Assembly: GCA_965202585.1 (NCBI GenBank)
Contig: OZ241832.1
Location: forward strand, 33,542,001-33,606,000
Length of the DNA stretch: 64,000 nt
Source of the DNA: Thalia democratica
Taxonomy: Eukaryota
Reading direction: 5' to 3'
The notes under the pieces were generated by a model. That model was not told the DNA's origin and did not search any database. It saw only the letters and a list, made by a program, of their open reading frames with translations. The translations under genes were made by a program, and so were the position numbers. This document shows, one piece after another, positions 37,761 through 50,266 of the stretch (position 1 is the stretch's first letter; the number at the start of each line of letters is the position of its first letter).

Positions 37761-40700
37761 ACACATTTTAAATATTTTCAATTAGATTTAAAACAGTTGA
37801 ACAAGAAACTTTATAATCCCTTAATACTTTTCATGTTATCAAGTTTAACAACTGTATTCAACTAATGTGATAAATGAGTATGTTAAGTTTAAAGTTTTTA
37901 TTGTTTTTTATATCTAAATTTGAGTTATAATGTTATTACAACAGTCAGTTGTAGTAGTAAAAACAGAAGAAAAAGTTAAATTTGATGCATTTATCAAGTA
38001 ACAAGTTTCTTTCAGTATACCTATTACAAGTTGTTTAAAGTAGTGTTTAAATATAGTTTTAAGCTTTTAAAGTTCATTAAGACTAAGTAACAGCAAACTT
38101 TTTTTTCGAGAACATATATGTATTATTAAAAAAAAAATACATTTATTTTGAAACCGCAAAAGTAATTCTGCTGTAATTTATTTTAATTAAAAAGTATTCC
38201 TGGATATAAATGCTGTTTAATTTAATTTCTGTGTATTTTTTATTCATGACCTTGTTTGTAAAAGTGTTTTATTATTAATATCAAAGTAAGTCATGAGTTT
38301 AACTTTTTTATCCGTATATTTTTTCATGTATCAAGATAATCAAACTTTTTATAAAACACTACAACTAAAAACAACATTGGTATACATTTCTTACATTAAT
38401 GCATTCTAATTAGTTGTATTTTGGTATTTAGTTTTAAATGAGTATGCTACTAAGACTAAACTGTTACAAACATTTAAAACAAACAATACTAAAAATGTTA
38501 TAACTTTAAGCTAAAAGTTTTTTCATCTCTAATCAATTACTTCAAAAGCAGTTGATACACTTTTTTAAAAGTTTTAGTAGTTACTGGTTTAAAAAAATAA
38601 ATTTAGTAAATACATTTAAGTTTATTTCTGTAAAATGTTAATAAACATAGAACAATTTTTTTTTGTAATTACAATACTTTTTTTGATAATCCTTTTAGAT
38701 TATATTTTAAAGCAGTTTTACAAAGACTAAGTGTTGACCTACTTTGATGTTTTAGTTTTTAAACTAAAGTAGTAATTTAGAGTGCTCAATTCAAGTTTGT
38801 TGATAATTGACTTTTTATAGTGTAGTTTATTCTATTTATAAACTGTTAGTTATCTTATCTTCGAAAACTAAACAAAAAAGGAATACGTTTCACATAGATA
38901 GCTTATTCTGTGTTATTGAACAAATAATAATCAATACAATTTTATATTAAAAAAAAAAAAAGCAGTATATATATTTACGACTTGGTTAAAATCTGAAGCT
39001 TAACCTTGCTTATTGTTTTATTTTTATAAACTGAACAAGTCTTATGACGAACTTGTTAACTTTGGAATATAGCTTTTTGTTTTTATTTTAAACCGTAAAT
39101 ATAAACAGTTCATTACATAAAAAATATATATAATATTTAAATTAATTTTTAAATAATTTTCAAAGTTCAGCGCATGCACCTGGTTGAAACCTGCTATTTC
39201 TATATTTATTGATTTTTTCGTTTATTTTAATTTTAATTTAAGGTTTTCAGTTTTTTTTTTGTTTTTTATTAGAGTGAACAGACTAAATAGAAGTTAATTA
39301 CAAACAAGTTACTAATAATTTTTTAAAAGTTTTAGTAAACTAAATAGTTAAATTAAATAGTTAAAGAGATAGATTAATTTTGCTTAATTATTCAAATTGG
39401 TAATAATTAAATATTTTCTGATGAAACATCTAACTGTTTATTTACTCAAAATGTATTTTTGAAATTAGTTGCTAACAAAAGTAGTTGATAAGTGTTAGCT
39501 TAAATCGATTTTACTTGTTTGTTTAAGTAAAAATGTTTTTGAACGAATCATGTCTCAAATTTCTGTTTAATATATGTAGTGCAAAAAAGTTATATAATAT
39601 ATAGTTTAAAGTTTAAAACAGCTGTTTTATGAGTTATAAAAACTAGTTTTTTTATGACTTATTATACAATTTACTATCTTTGAAAGTTAGATATGTGGTA
39701 ATTAGAACAGCTTTTTCTTATATGAAATATACCATAACACTTTAAGTACTTTATACCGAAGTTATTTGAATGTATTTTTACAGTACTTTGAAGTTTTTGT
39801 ACTCAAAAAGTTGTTTTTTTTTTAAACAAATATATATTTTTTTTTATAAATACTTAATTTGGCATGAGAGTTGAAACTCAAATTGGAGTTTGAGTTTTAA
39901 AAAAAACATTACAGCTATAAGTGTTTATAATCACTTAAAAACATAAAATAAAAAATGTTAGTTCTTATCTTTTAAAATAAATAAAATTCATACTTTTTAT
40001 TTTGAAATTTATTGTTTAAAAGTATTACCCTCAGTACTTTTTTGTTTACATTAACATACTTAAAGTTTATTTTGTAAATTCAAACTGTTATTTTAGTTTA
40101 AAAAAGTATTATTTTCAAGAAAAATAAACTTATTGAAATAAGTTCAGTAAGACTGAAAAATCAAACAACACTAGTCTTCTAATCGCGTTTTTTATATTTA
40201 AATTCTGTCTGAACAACAGTGAATGCATACATTTTAAAACACAGTTAGAGCTAATTAGCAAGTTTCAATAAAATATAATTTCTTTTAAAAGTATAAGCCA
40301 TTATTATAAGTTCACTAGTTGTTTGTATTAAAATAAACCTTAATAAAAATATCTCAGCATTGTTTGTTTATAAAAGTAAGTACTAGATATTTTAAGCTTT
40401 TATGTTTGACTCATTTCATATGTAATAGAAATAATTATTGAGTTCTTTAAACAAAAACATTTGTTTTTTAATAAAGAAAGTTGTTAAATTTAAATTTTTT
40501 TTTACTATTTTAGATGTGAACTTATTTTGATATAAAAGAATTTAAACTTACATTTAAATAATGTTTGTACAGTTTTTGTTTAAAAAGTATGTTCTGTTTT
40601 TAAAATGGATTATTAAGTTTTTTATGAAAAGTGTTTATCAAAACTATAACTAGCCATTACAACATGATGTTAAAAAACTGATTATTATTTTATTTGCCAA

Positions 40701-40929
40701 AAACTTTTTCAAGAAAAATTATTTTTGCAATCTTAAAAAATACTTGCAGTCTTTAAACTTAAAGCTAAAGTGTTTAAATAGGTTAAAGTTTAAATTATTT
40801 TGTTAGTTTTACAGTTTTATTTGTTTTTTTTTGTAAGCTTTTACGGTGTTTTACAAAAAAAAACAATTTTTTTGTTTGTAACAATTCTAAGTTTTTATAA
40901 CTTTACAGCCTTTATTGTTAAATCGTAAC

Positions 40930-43900
40930 ATGAATGTTAAAATCTTTTGTTGGACGTTGGCTTTTTATTTGAATATAGTGACCTCGTTTAACCTTGCAAA
41001 CGAGGAAAATAGCTTGTTGATTTATAAGTACGACCACACAAAAAATAATAAAAGTGATCAGATTTACGTTTCAAAACCTGATGAAAACATAACAAAGTAA
41101 GCTTTAATCTAATGTATTAATTTAGTTGTTTTCAGTATTTCATTTCTAAACACAACTTAAAAAACCTTTTATGCTAATTAGTCTTAATAATTTGTATTAC
41201 ACAAAACTAAACAAAAGCTGAATAAATATTGTTTTATTACTATTCAATTATAAAAATTCACCATAAACATTAAAACGCAATTATACACCTAAAAATAATT
41301 TTGCATTTAGAAATAACAACTTTTACTTTTCTTAATTTGTAATACTGATTGGAAGTTCCCTGGAAAATTACTGATAAATTTTTATTTGACAATTTAAAGC
41401 AGTGTTTTAGAAATTGACTTCATTAAACAAGGTTAAAACTTTTCAAAATTTTAAGAAGTTTTCAAATGGTCAAGTATTTTATATAAGTTTAACTTATTCG
41501 TAGTTATTTTTAAAATGACCAAATAGTATAAAAGTATCTATAAAGTTATGAAACATTATAATCATTATAACTGCATGCTAACATTAAGAGTATTTTTTTT
41601 ATCTGTATATAAATAAAGTGAATACAACTTGTTGTTCAGTTTTCAATGATTATTTGCAAAAATTTTGCAATAATTTTCTTTTTGATAACCTTAGTTTGAA
41701 CTTTTAATGGTTTAAATCAACTTTTTTTTAATCGATATGTATGTTATTGAAAAATTAAAAGTAAGCTACAACAAAAAACATATGACTTTTAAAATGAAAA
41801 TTATTAAAATTTAACGCCAACTGATATGAATGTTTTTTTTTAGTTTTGACAACTTGAATAAGTCTAAATATAAACTTACTGAATTTATAAATTACTTACT
41901 GAGTTTATAAATGAATTAGTCTGAATATAAACTTACTGAACACTTATAGTTAATCACAGGACTAGTATTGGAGTACTTCACCAACAGTCAAAATACGGTC
42001 ATTTTCTTTTAGAATCTAGAAGTTAGTATTTTGTTACATTATAATTAACCATTGGTTATATTAAGCTAACATAAAAAATAACAAATGGTTAAAAATTGTT
42101 TTTCAATAAGTAACACAAACATTGTTTTTAGCTTTTACACTTCTGAAAGTTTGTTACCTTTGTTACTTGTTGTTAATTCTTTTTTTTTTTTTATTTCGAT
42201 TTTACACAACATTCTTTAAAAAACTAACTTTTATAAAAAATTCTTAAACTGTCAAATATTTTACTTAGATTATATTTGCTTTTTCTTTTATTTTGGTAAA
42301 TTCTTCGTTATTCAAAAAACAATTGTTACAATGCTACAAAAAACAGTTAAACAAACTATTTTAAACTTATAACAGAAAATTTTATCTCATTGTGTATATT
42401 ACAGAAATAAAAACACATGTGTATATACAATATATGAAAAAAAAATAAAAATAAATTTTGACAGCATTCAATCTTTAATACTCTCTAGTTAATAAATAAC
42501 TAATTTAAAAGATAGTTTTAATTTTAGTAATGACACTTATAATGTTTTACTTAACAATGTTATGCAAACTTTAGTTTTTAAATATTAAAAAAAATGTTAA
42601 AAACATACTTAGCCTTTAAAGATTTTAAGAAACTAAAAACATCTAAAAATTGTTTTATGCTATAAAGTTTTAGAAGTTGTTTATTTTGAAAACAACCAAG
42701 CTAAGTTGAGAAACTTGAATAGTTTTTTGAATCGTTTTAATTGGACTAAAATTAATTAAAAAAAGTTACAATAGTTTTTTATTCTGACAATTGTAAATGT
42801 TTTTATTTTTTAGTAACAAGTATTGATCATTTAAACTAACTCAACACTTTGATCATCTAAGTAGTTGATAGTTCTCAGTAGACAGGTTTGATGGGCGAAG
42901 TACTCAATAAAACTTGTTTTAAAGTTTCAGCTTTTTTTTTTTTTTTCGTCAAAACAAAACAAAATTTTATAAGTTTTTAATTGTAACACATACTAAAACA
43001 ACTATTTTTTTTTTTAATTATTAATAAGTTTGTAAATATAATATTTATAAATATTGAAATTATTTTAAAAGTTATGAAAAAAATGTTTCAACATAAATAA
43101 AAATCTACTAAATTTTGTTTTAAAAAGTTAAATCACTGTGTAAATTTTATCAGAATTTACTATAATAAGTTATATAAAAATTTAAACACAAATATACGTG
43201 ATTCAAAAAATGTTATAAAATAGATTTTACTGCTTATAAGTTTTTTAGTTTATAAAGAGTTTTTAACATAACTAAAACCTGATTTTAAAACTTTACTATT
43301 CAGAAGTATAGAAATTGTTCATAATAAAGTACCATATTATGTCACCTAAAAGTTTAACAGAAAGTTTAGTATTTGATGTTAAAAGACATTAACTGCAAAA
43401 ATAAAGAGTCTAAATGTTAATACAAAAGTAAATATATCTTATAATTACGATTAGAAAATATACAAATGAAATATAAAAAAAAAGTGAAAACAAGATCTAT
43501 TTCTCCTTTTTGTATGCTAGTAGAGATATTGTAATTAAACATGTTGAACAGCATTATTTCACTTTATTCTTTTTGTTTTTTTAGACAAATCTACTATTTC
43601 AGAGGTTCTCAAATGCAACAACTCTAACTTTCTAAGCTCAAAAACTTTTTGCATAAATGAAAAAAACGCACATGCAATAAAAAGATTTTCAAATTTCGCT
43701 CTATCTGCTACTATGTTAACAAACGATACAACTTTGGTTTGATTTTTTTCTATTTTTGTAACTTTTGCAAGTTTACTTTATATACTTTAAGGTTAAAGAA
43801 AAGATTTAATTTTAATGTTTTTGTTTGTAACAAACTTTGTATTATTATTATTATAATTTGACTTTGTAGTCAAGTTTACGTACTAAAAACATTGCATTTG

Positions 43901-46900
43901 ATAGAGCTGCTCCCCATCGGAAATTTTGAAGTGTGGAACCTCCATTTTCATGCCTGGATATTGCTCTAAAAACTACAAGTCGCACTCAGAAGACTTTTTA
44001 AAAACAGGTTTAATATAACTTGCAGTTAAAAAAAAAACATCACACCAGCAAATTTATTTATTTTTCTAGATTGTCCTAAAGAAAGTAAACCTTTGGATAT
44101 AGTTTTTGTACTGGATAGATCGAACTCTATAAAGGCAGGGGACTTTTTAAAGATAAAATCTTGGGTCAAACTGGTGATACAGGGTACTTTTAGTTTGAAT
44201 TCACAAAGTGATTTACAGATAGGAGTTGTGCTGTTTGGGTAAGTAGTTGTACTCAAGTAAAACTATTAAACTGTTTCTTATAATACTTAATGACAAATAA
44301 TTTAGAACATATACAAAAAAAGTCCCACTAAATATTCTACTGAGGTCTATCACAGTGTTTTTGATTTATAATGTAAAACAATTTTCTAATGTAGACGTTA
44401 TAGATAATATAAAAACACGGTACATATTTTTTTTAAATATGATAATCTTACTTTTTATAAATTTTATAATTTTGAAACATATATAACAGACGCTCAGTAA
44501 CCACAGTGGTAGATCTTGAAAAATTTAGCAGCTTTCTTGAGTTTCAGGTAAGACTCTTGACCTTTTGATATCATTTTTTTTTACGAATTAAAGATAAAAT
44601 GATTAAAACCTTATAAACTAAACATTTTACTGTAATTTTTGTAGTTTGTTAACATCAGGAACTATTGTTGTTGGTTAATATACTTAAAAACTTGTAAATA
44701 CAGTTTATTTTCATTAAAGTTTGCAAAACAAAGACAAAAATATTAAAAAAATGGAAAAAAAAATGTTTAGACTAGAATTGATGGAATAAAAAAGATTGCG
44801 AGAGAAAGAGAGCTGACGATGATGGGACTGGCGTGGCTGAAAAGCATGAAGATACTAGCGAGTTCGTCACGGTTCAGTAACGTTTCAACAGCAAAAGTTC
44901 TCATCGCTCTCACGGATGGAAAGTACGTTACGTATGGACATTTCATGTGTATTTTACTAATTTTTAGTTCTTTTTTATTCTTTAAAAAAATCATCCATCA
45001 GAACAAAAACAAGTTAAAATTAAAAGGTGAAAACGGTTTGGATCGTTTTTTATTTTTGAACGCTATCTAGATACCTCCTAGATAAGTTAATGTTATATTA
45101 AAGCAAAACGTCGTTGATGAAATAAAGTATTTTCTTAAAAAAAAAATTAAGTTTTATTTATTGGGATTTTCTTCTCTGGATTAAGAACTTAACGCCATAT
45201 TACGTTACCTTTGAATTTTATTTAAATAAAAACTATGAAAACAGCAATAAAAGAGTTACAATTGAAAAGTTTTAAATAAATTTAAATATCAAAAAGCGAT
45301 ATAAAATCTTTTAATTTGTGTGTAAAATAGAATACACCTTTTAAATAACTTGCTTAAAAATTTTTGTAATTGAGACCAGTTTAAACAGCTGGCAAATAAT
45401 TTTACAACACGTAATATCTTTAGCTGAATACAAAACGTAATATGATACTGAAAAAAAGATGATTTTATAGCTTAGTCTATTTATAAATTGTGTCTTTTGC
45501 GTAACCGATTTGTTTTTATTTGTTCAGGGCAAGTGATCCTGTTCGCTTTGCGCAAGACAGAATAATACAAAAAGAAGTGCCTCTGACAGTAAAAGACAAA
45601 ATTGACATGTTTTCAATTGGCGTTGGAAACAAAATTGATGTCGCTCAACTTAAAGTTTTTTTTTTAAGTTTTCTTGTAAAATTAGATATTTTTCATGAGT
45701 TTAAACTAGCTTAAGTTAGTTAGAAAGCAAGTTTGCTTCTGTTTTTATAGTTAACTTTAAATAAGTTTTTATTTACTATACACTTAAAAAGTTTAGTCAG
45801 TGTATCATTTAAACGAATCATTTTTAAAGTTTTTGACTTATAAAGTCGAAAAATTTTCAAACTTAGTGTTAAGCTATAATAAGATCAGTCTATATTAATT
45901 AATTTGATTTTTTTACTCAAAAATTTATTTCATCCCAGTGCAGTTATTAAAATCTGTTAAGTTTATATTTTACTTGATTAATATTATTACTTTAAACAAA
46001 GATTACTATCAAAAATTTTAATTGACTTAAATAAAAGTAAACTATAAGTAAAATATATTTACATGCAGGATAATATTATTACCATTTTATAGGTGCTGGC
46101 AAAAAATAATGTAGACAGAGTATATCGAATCGATGACTTTTAGAGTCTAGATAACATTCAAAAGTCTTTAACAGAATCAGTTTACAAATTAACACTCGAA
46201 GGTATTTTAAATGCAACCTAAACAATAACTTTAAATTTCTTTTTTATTAAAGTAAAACGTATGAAGCTCTGTAAGTTGTAGTTGGTATAGAAACTTAAAG
46301 GTTTAAATACATAACCACTTAATGATTTTAAATACCGTATAAAAATAAAGCTAAAAACTTTCGTTTTTACTTACCTAGATCTAGTACAGTTTTACTAGTT
46401 TATGCTCAGTATTTAAGAACTTTTTGATCGAAACCTGATTTAAGTGTTTTGTAAACTATAATTCTAGTAGTATATGTTAAGTTCAAAGTAGTGTAGCAAA
46501 CTCTATTTTGTCATAGATGACATTTAGCTATTGTTTCAAATCAAAGTGATTTACAATGAAAAGCTGTTAAATTTAATGGACCTAAAAAGTATAAATATTT
46601 GCATGTAACTCGTTAAAACGAAACACATAACAACCTCAAGTTACAAACTAAAAGCAATTCTTCTATGGTAAATCTGCATAGGGATTATACCAACATATGT
46701 TAAAAATGTTCCGATAAAAACTTATATTACTCTGTACAATGCATACAAGCTACAAATGTATAACAAAAAAATCAAAGCTCTATTTGTAAGCCTAATTTGA
46801 AGTAGTTCTTCTTTTTTTTCAAAATTTATTTTACAAACTTAGTTTCGGTCAAAGACCTCGTCAGTGCTTAAATAAATTTATTTAAGCACTGACGAGGTCT

Positions 46901-47237
46901 TTGACCGAAGCTTAGTTTGTAAAATAAATTTTGAAAGAATAAATTTATTATTTCTCCTCCAGCAGTTGAGATCTCTCTATTTGTCTTCTTAAAACAAAAA
47001 ACAAAAAAATATAATAGTTCATATGTTATTAATTTAAAACTTACACAATACTTTTGATGTTTTCAACAACTTAAGGTAATAGTTATTCTTTTTATTTAAG
47101 GAGGCGGGTTGAACACAAACAAGTCATCAAAATCAATGGAATACTCTCAACAAGGAATTTCTGTCTCTTCAAACACAAAAGTTTGTTTTACACTGATTAC
47201 TTATGTTGTTAAATCGTATTTTAAGTTGGTTGACTGA
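40930..47237 (+). CDS. Secreted von Willebrand factor A domain protein, possibly disabled
   Basis: Exons 40930-41096 (signal peptide), 41960-42021 (tentative), about 43585-43740 (needs a frameshift), 43905-44007, 44070-44238 (PLDIVFVLDRSNSI, MIDAS DxSxS), 44490-44547, 44771-44922 (KVLIALTDG), 45528-45654 (FSIGVG), 46093-46201 (in-frame TAG at 46141), 47101-47237. Confidence 0.8.
46817..46936. repeat. 120-bp loopless palindrome (60-bp arms, 2 mismatches) in the last VWA intron
   Basis: Centre between 46876 and 46877; the arms differ only at positions corresponding to 46840 and 46843. Confidence 0.95.
46823..46878 (-). ncRNA. Minimal type I hammerhead ribozyme motif (Penelope-like element type)
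   Basis: Minus strand reads ..AAGCA CUGACGA GGUC UUU GACC GAAA C UAA G UU^UGU AAAAUAAAU: core CUGANGA, helix II GGUC/GACC, GAAA, 2-bp helix III, GUU triplet, helix I of 3 bp plus 8 bp. The plus-strand copy has GAAG instead of GAAA. Confidence 0.65.
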
Positions 47238-48877
47238 GTTGCTGTGTGTGTGTGTGTTTATGTATTTTTGGAAAAGGAAAGAAGCAAACATTGAAAAGAA
47301 ATCAACTAGATTGAAAGGTCAGTTTAAATATTCATGTTTAGATATGAAGTTTTCATTAAGTACTTAGGTGTAGTTAATTGAAACTAACTAAAGTAAATAA
47401 ACATTAATTAAAATATACTTTTTCAACAAAAAGTTATCAATAATTATAACCAAAAAAACTCAAATATTATCTAATCAAATAGAAAAAATTCCGATGTTTT
47501 ATGTCTAGAGTTGCTACAACCAACGAACTTTGTTTTTTTTTATTTTTTACTGTAAACTATAATGAATAAAGTAGATGCATTCAATAATTCTATTTATGCC
47601 TTACATACACAAATAATGTTACACACTTTTCATGATCAGCTCAACTTTTAGCTCATTGAACAAACGTCAATCTCCAAGTTTTTACCTTTATGTAGCATAC
47701 ACCTAGTTATTTTATAGCTTAACGAAAAATATCCTATAATTTTTGAACTTAGCAAACTTGAGCTCTGTCATATCTTATTTTTAGAAAAAGACGAAAAAAT
47801 TATGTTTTTTATTTATTTTTGATTAAAAAAAAAATTTAAGGCGGCTGCTACCTATTATACTAACATGTAAAATTATGAAAGTTTTAAAATGCTAAAAACT
47901 AAAAAACAAGCAAGTTAGGTAGAGTTTTAATTTAAAAAAATTTAGTAAAAGTAAAAGAAAATTACGATACTACACTGATTTAATCAGTCAAGTGAAATTA
48001 TAATACGATGATTTATTTTGATAAGTAATTATGTAATAAAATTTTTCAGTAGTTTAATTATTTGTTAAAAGTAACATATCATCAGGAAAACTACATTGGC
48101 TGTTGTATACTTTATACTATAAGGTTTATAATATTAAAATAATTATTTCAAGGTATACATAAAATTATAAAAACTCTGTATTCTAAAAATGAATCAACAA
48201 GTAGTTGTTTGTAATAAAAAAGTGAGCATTTATTAAACTTGACAAATAATTGTTGTTTCAAGTTTAATTTATATAAACATGAAGCATTAGTTTTGTTTAA
48301 ATGAAAAATAATTTGAAAATGTAAAACATCTTATAGTTTGTGTTTAGTTTGTTTGTAATTTAACTAAACAGCTTAAAACATCAATAATGTTTTGTAAACA
48401 AACGTGTTTATTAAAAACAACACAAAAAGAACAAACAAAATTAAGCAAAACAAATTATAATGAAACGCATCAAAAAAATACTGAGTTTTAAGTACACAGT
48501 TTCAATTTGTATTTGAAAAAAATTGCAAGTTTTTAATAAATTTAAATGATTTTGGATGATTTAGTAACTTAATACGTTTAATCAAATTTAAAATAAAAAT
48601 TATATAATAAAAATTCAAAAAACTTTTACAAAGCAGTACGCATCAAGTATTCTTTTTAAAGAGCGTTAAGAATAATAAATTGCACAAGAGTTTTAAATGA
48701 TTTTTAGTCTTCAAAAAACTGATTAATGTTTAGTTTATAAATTAATAGGATAAAATGCAAGTTACAGTTATTACACAATGTTAAATACTATGTTAGTGTT
48801 ATTTACAGTTATGTAAAAAAGTAAAGTATTTTGTCAACCAGCTGTAGAGAAAGAATCATCAATAATTTTTAAACTTG

Positions 48878-50266
48878 TTAATTTTCACCTTTTCTTGTTT
48901 TAACCAAAATGAAAACCGGCTGCGCCAAAGACAAAAACGACAGAACTGTCAGGCCCAAGTTGAGATAGAAGAACTCTCCCTCCAAAACTCCCTCCAACAG
49001 CCAAACCAACAAGCTTTGCGAGGCAAGAATTACAGCTTGCACGCACGCCACAGCGCCGTATAGCGTACAGAATTTCTTTTGCGGAAAGTAGACGCTCACG
49101 AATGCGTTGCTGCCTGTAAAGAAGCAGACGTTTGCTGCCACCCGCACGAACATTGCGAAGTACTGCAGGGGGAGGGAACTAATCAAAGTGCACACTTGCA
49201 TCGTGATCAAGCAGAACGATCCTGCGAAGAGGCTGACCAGGCAACTCCTCATCTCCGCTGATCCGTCTTCGCTGTCGAGTTTCCGCTTGTAGAAGTCGGT
49301 GGTGTAGCCGATGAGCAAAGACATCAACACTCCCCCTGCTTGCATCAGAGTGAACGCGAAAAAGTAATCGTCGTAAGTTTTGTTTGCCGTTTGTTGCTCG
49401 GATGAGATGCTTTTGATGAAAGCAGTAAAGTAAGCGGAATAGCACAAAGTCAATAAACTGACGACCGAGGTCGAAAGCGCGGTGGTTAGAAAGTAGCCCT
49501 GACGCATGATGCAAAAGATCGAATCTTCTTCTTTTGATTCCGGCTCACTAGCACTGTTCTCCAAATTTTCTTTCGAGTCTTGCTTGTCGTTCGAAAAAAA
49601 CCAATCAAAGTCTTTCATACCGTACTTGAAGTCTTTTCCCGGGTCGCGAGGAACGCTCTTTCTGGGCGTCAAGAGAATCGTTCGGATGTTGAGACCAAAG
49701 TACAAGGAGGCGTAAATCCAAAACAAGTTTGAAAAACTGACGCCAATCTCGTGGAAATAACCGAAAGCGAAAAACAGCACCGGGGCCGAGCAATACGCGC
49801 CTGTGACGGTTGATACGTACAAGTTTCGTCTGTTCGGAAACAGGTTGGAGTTTTGAAGGTTGCCCGCGTGCAAGGAGCAGCCCGCAGCGTGCAGGACCGG
49901 AAGGGCGACGTAGAGCAGGAAAGAAAGCTCGCATCTTGCCACCGCCAAAAGCACGCAACCCGCAACGCCCAAGTTGACCAGAACGAACCGGCCCGCCCAC
50001 GTTCCGAGCTTGTCGAACATCAAGCCCGCGAGCAAGGTGCAGAACGGTCCCACGCAGCAAGTTACGGAGTAGAGGAGCCACAAGCTGTTTGTTTGGTCGT
50101 CTTTGCAGTCACCCGTGCTGTTTGTTGCGTTCTCGGCGCACGAACTTTTGTACAATCCCTCGCTTATCAGGAGCGGTCGCAAGCTTTGCCATCCGAAAAA
50201 TATGCCGGAAAAAAGCATGTTTTCCACCATGCAAGTTACCCATGATAAGATGTTCTGACACTTCAT
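48878..50266 (-). CDS. Slc43a: Intronless SLC43-family (LAT3/LAT4-like) MFS transporter, 462 aa
   Basis: ENMLFSGIFFGWQSLRPLLISEGLYKSSC matches the SLC43 TM1 signature; about 12 hydrophobic segments with a central polar loop; markedly GC-rich relative to the flanks. Family-level call. Confidence 0.85.
   Translation of the reverse strand: MKCQNILSWVTCMVENMLFSGIFFGWQSLRPLLISEGLYKSSCAENATNSTGDCKDDQTNSLWLLYSVTCCVGPFCTLLAGLMFDKLGTWAGRFVLVNLGVAGCVLLAVARCELSFLLYVALPVLHAAGCSLHAGNLQNSNLFPNRRNLYVSTVTGAYCSAPVLFFAFGYFHEIGVSFSNLFWIYASLYFGLNIRTILLTPRKSVPRDPGKDFKYGMKDFDWFFSNDKQDSKENLENSASEPESKEEDSIFCIMRQGYFLTTALSTSVVSLLTLCYSAYFTAFIKSISSEQQTANKTYDDYFFAFTLMQAGGVLMSLLIGYTTDFYKRKLDSEDGSAEMRSCLVSLFAGSFCLITMQVCTLISSLPLQYFAMFVRVAANVCFFTGSNAFVSVYFPQKKFCTLYGAVACVQAVILASQSLLVWLLEGVLEGEFFYLNLGLTVLSFLSLAQPVFILVKTRKGEN

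Noticed and set aside
46141-46143. Idea of stop-codon reassignment from the in-frame TAG (and the TAA in the LINE)
   Set aside because: Other genes in the window end normally at TAG, TAA and TGA, and long exons contain no internal stops.
47245-47258. (TG)n microsatellite after the VWA stop
   Set aside because: Short, ordinary simple repeat.
48875-50245. Eight short overlapping ORFs within SLC43
   Set aside because: Expected stop-poor shadows of a GC-rich CDS.
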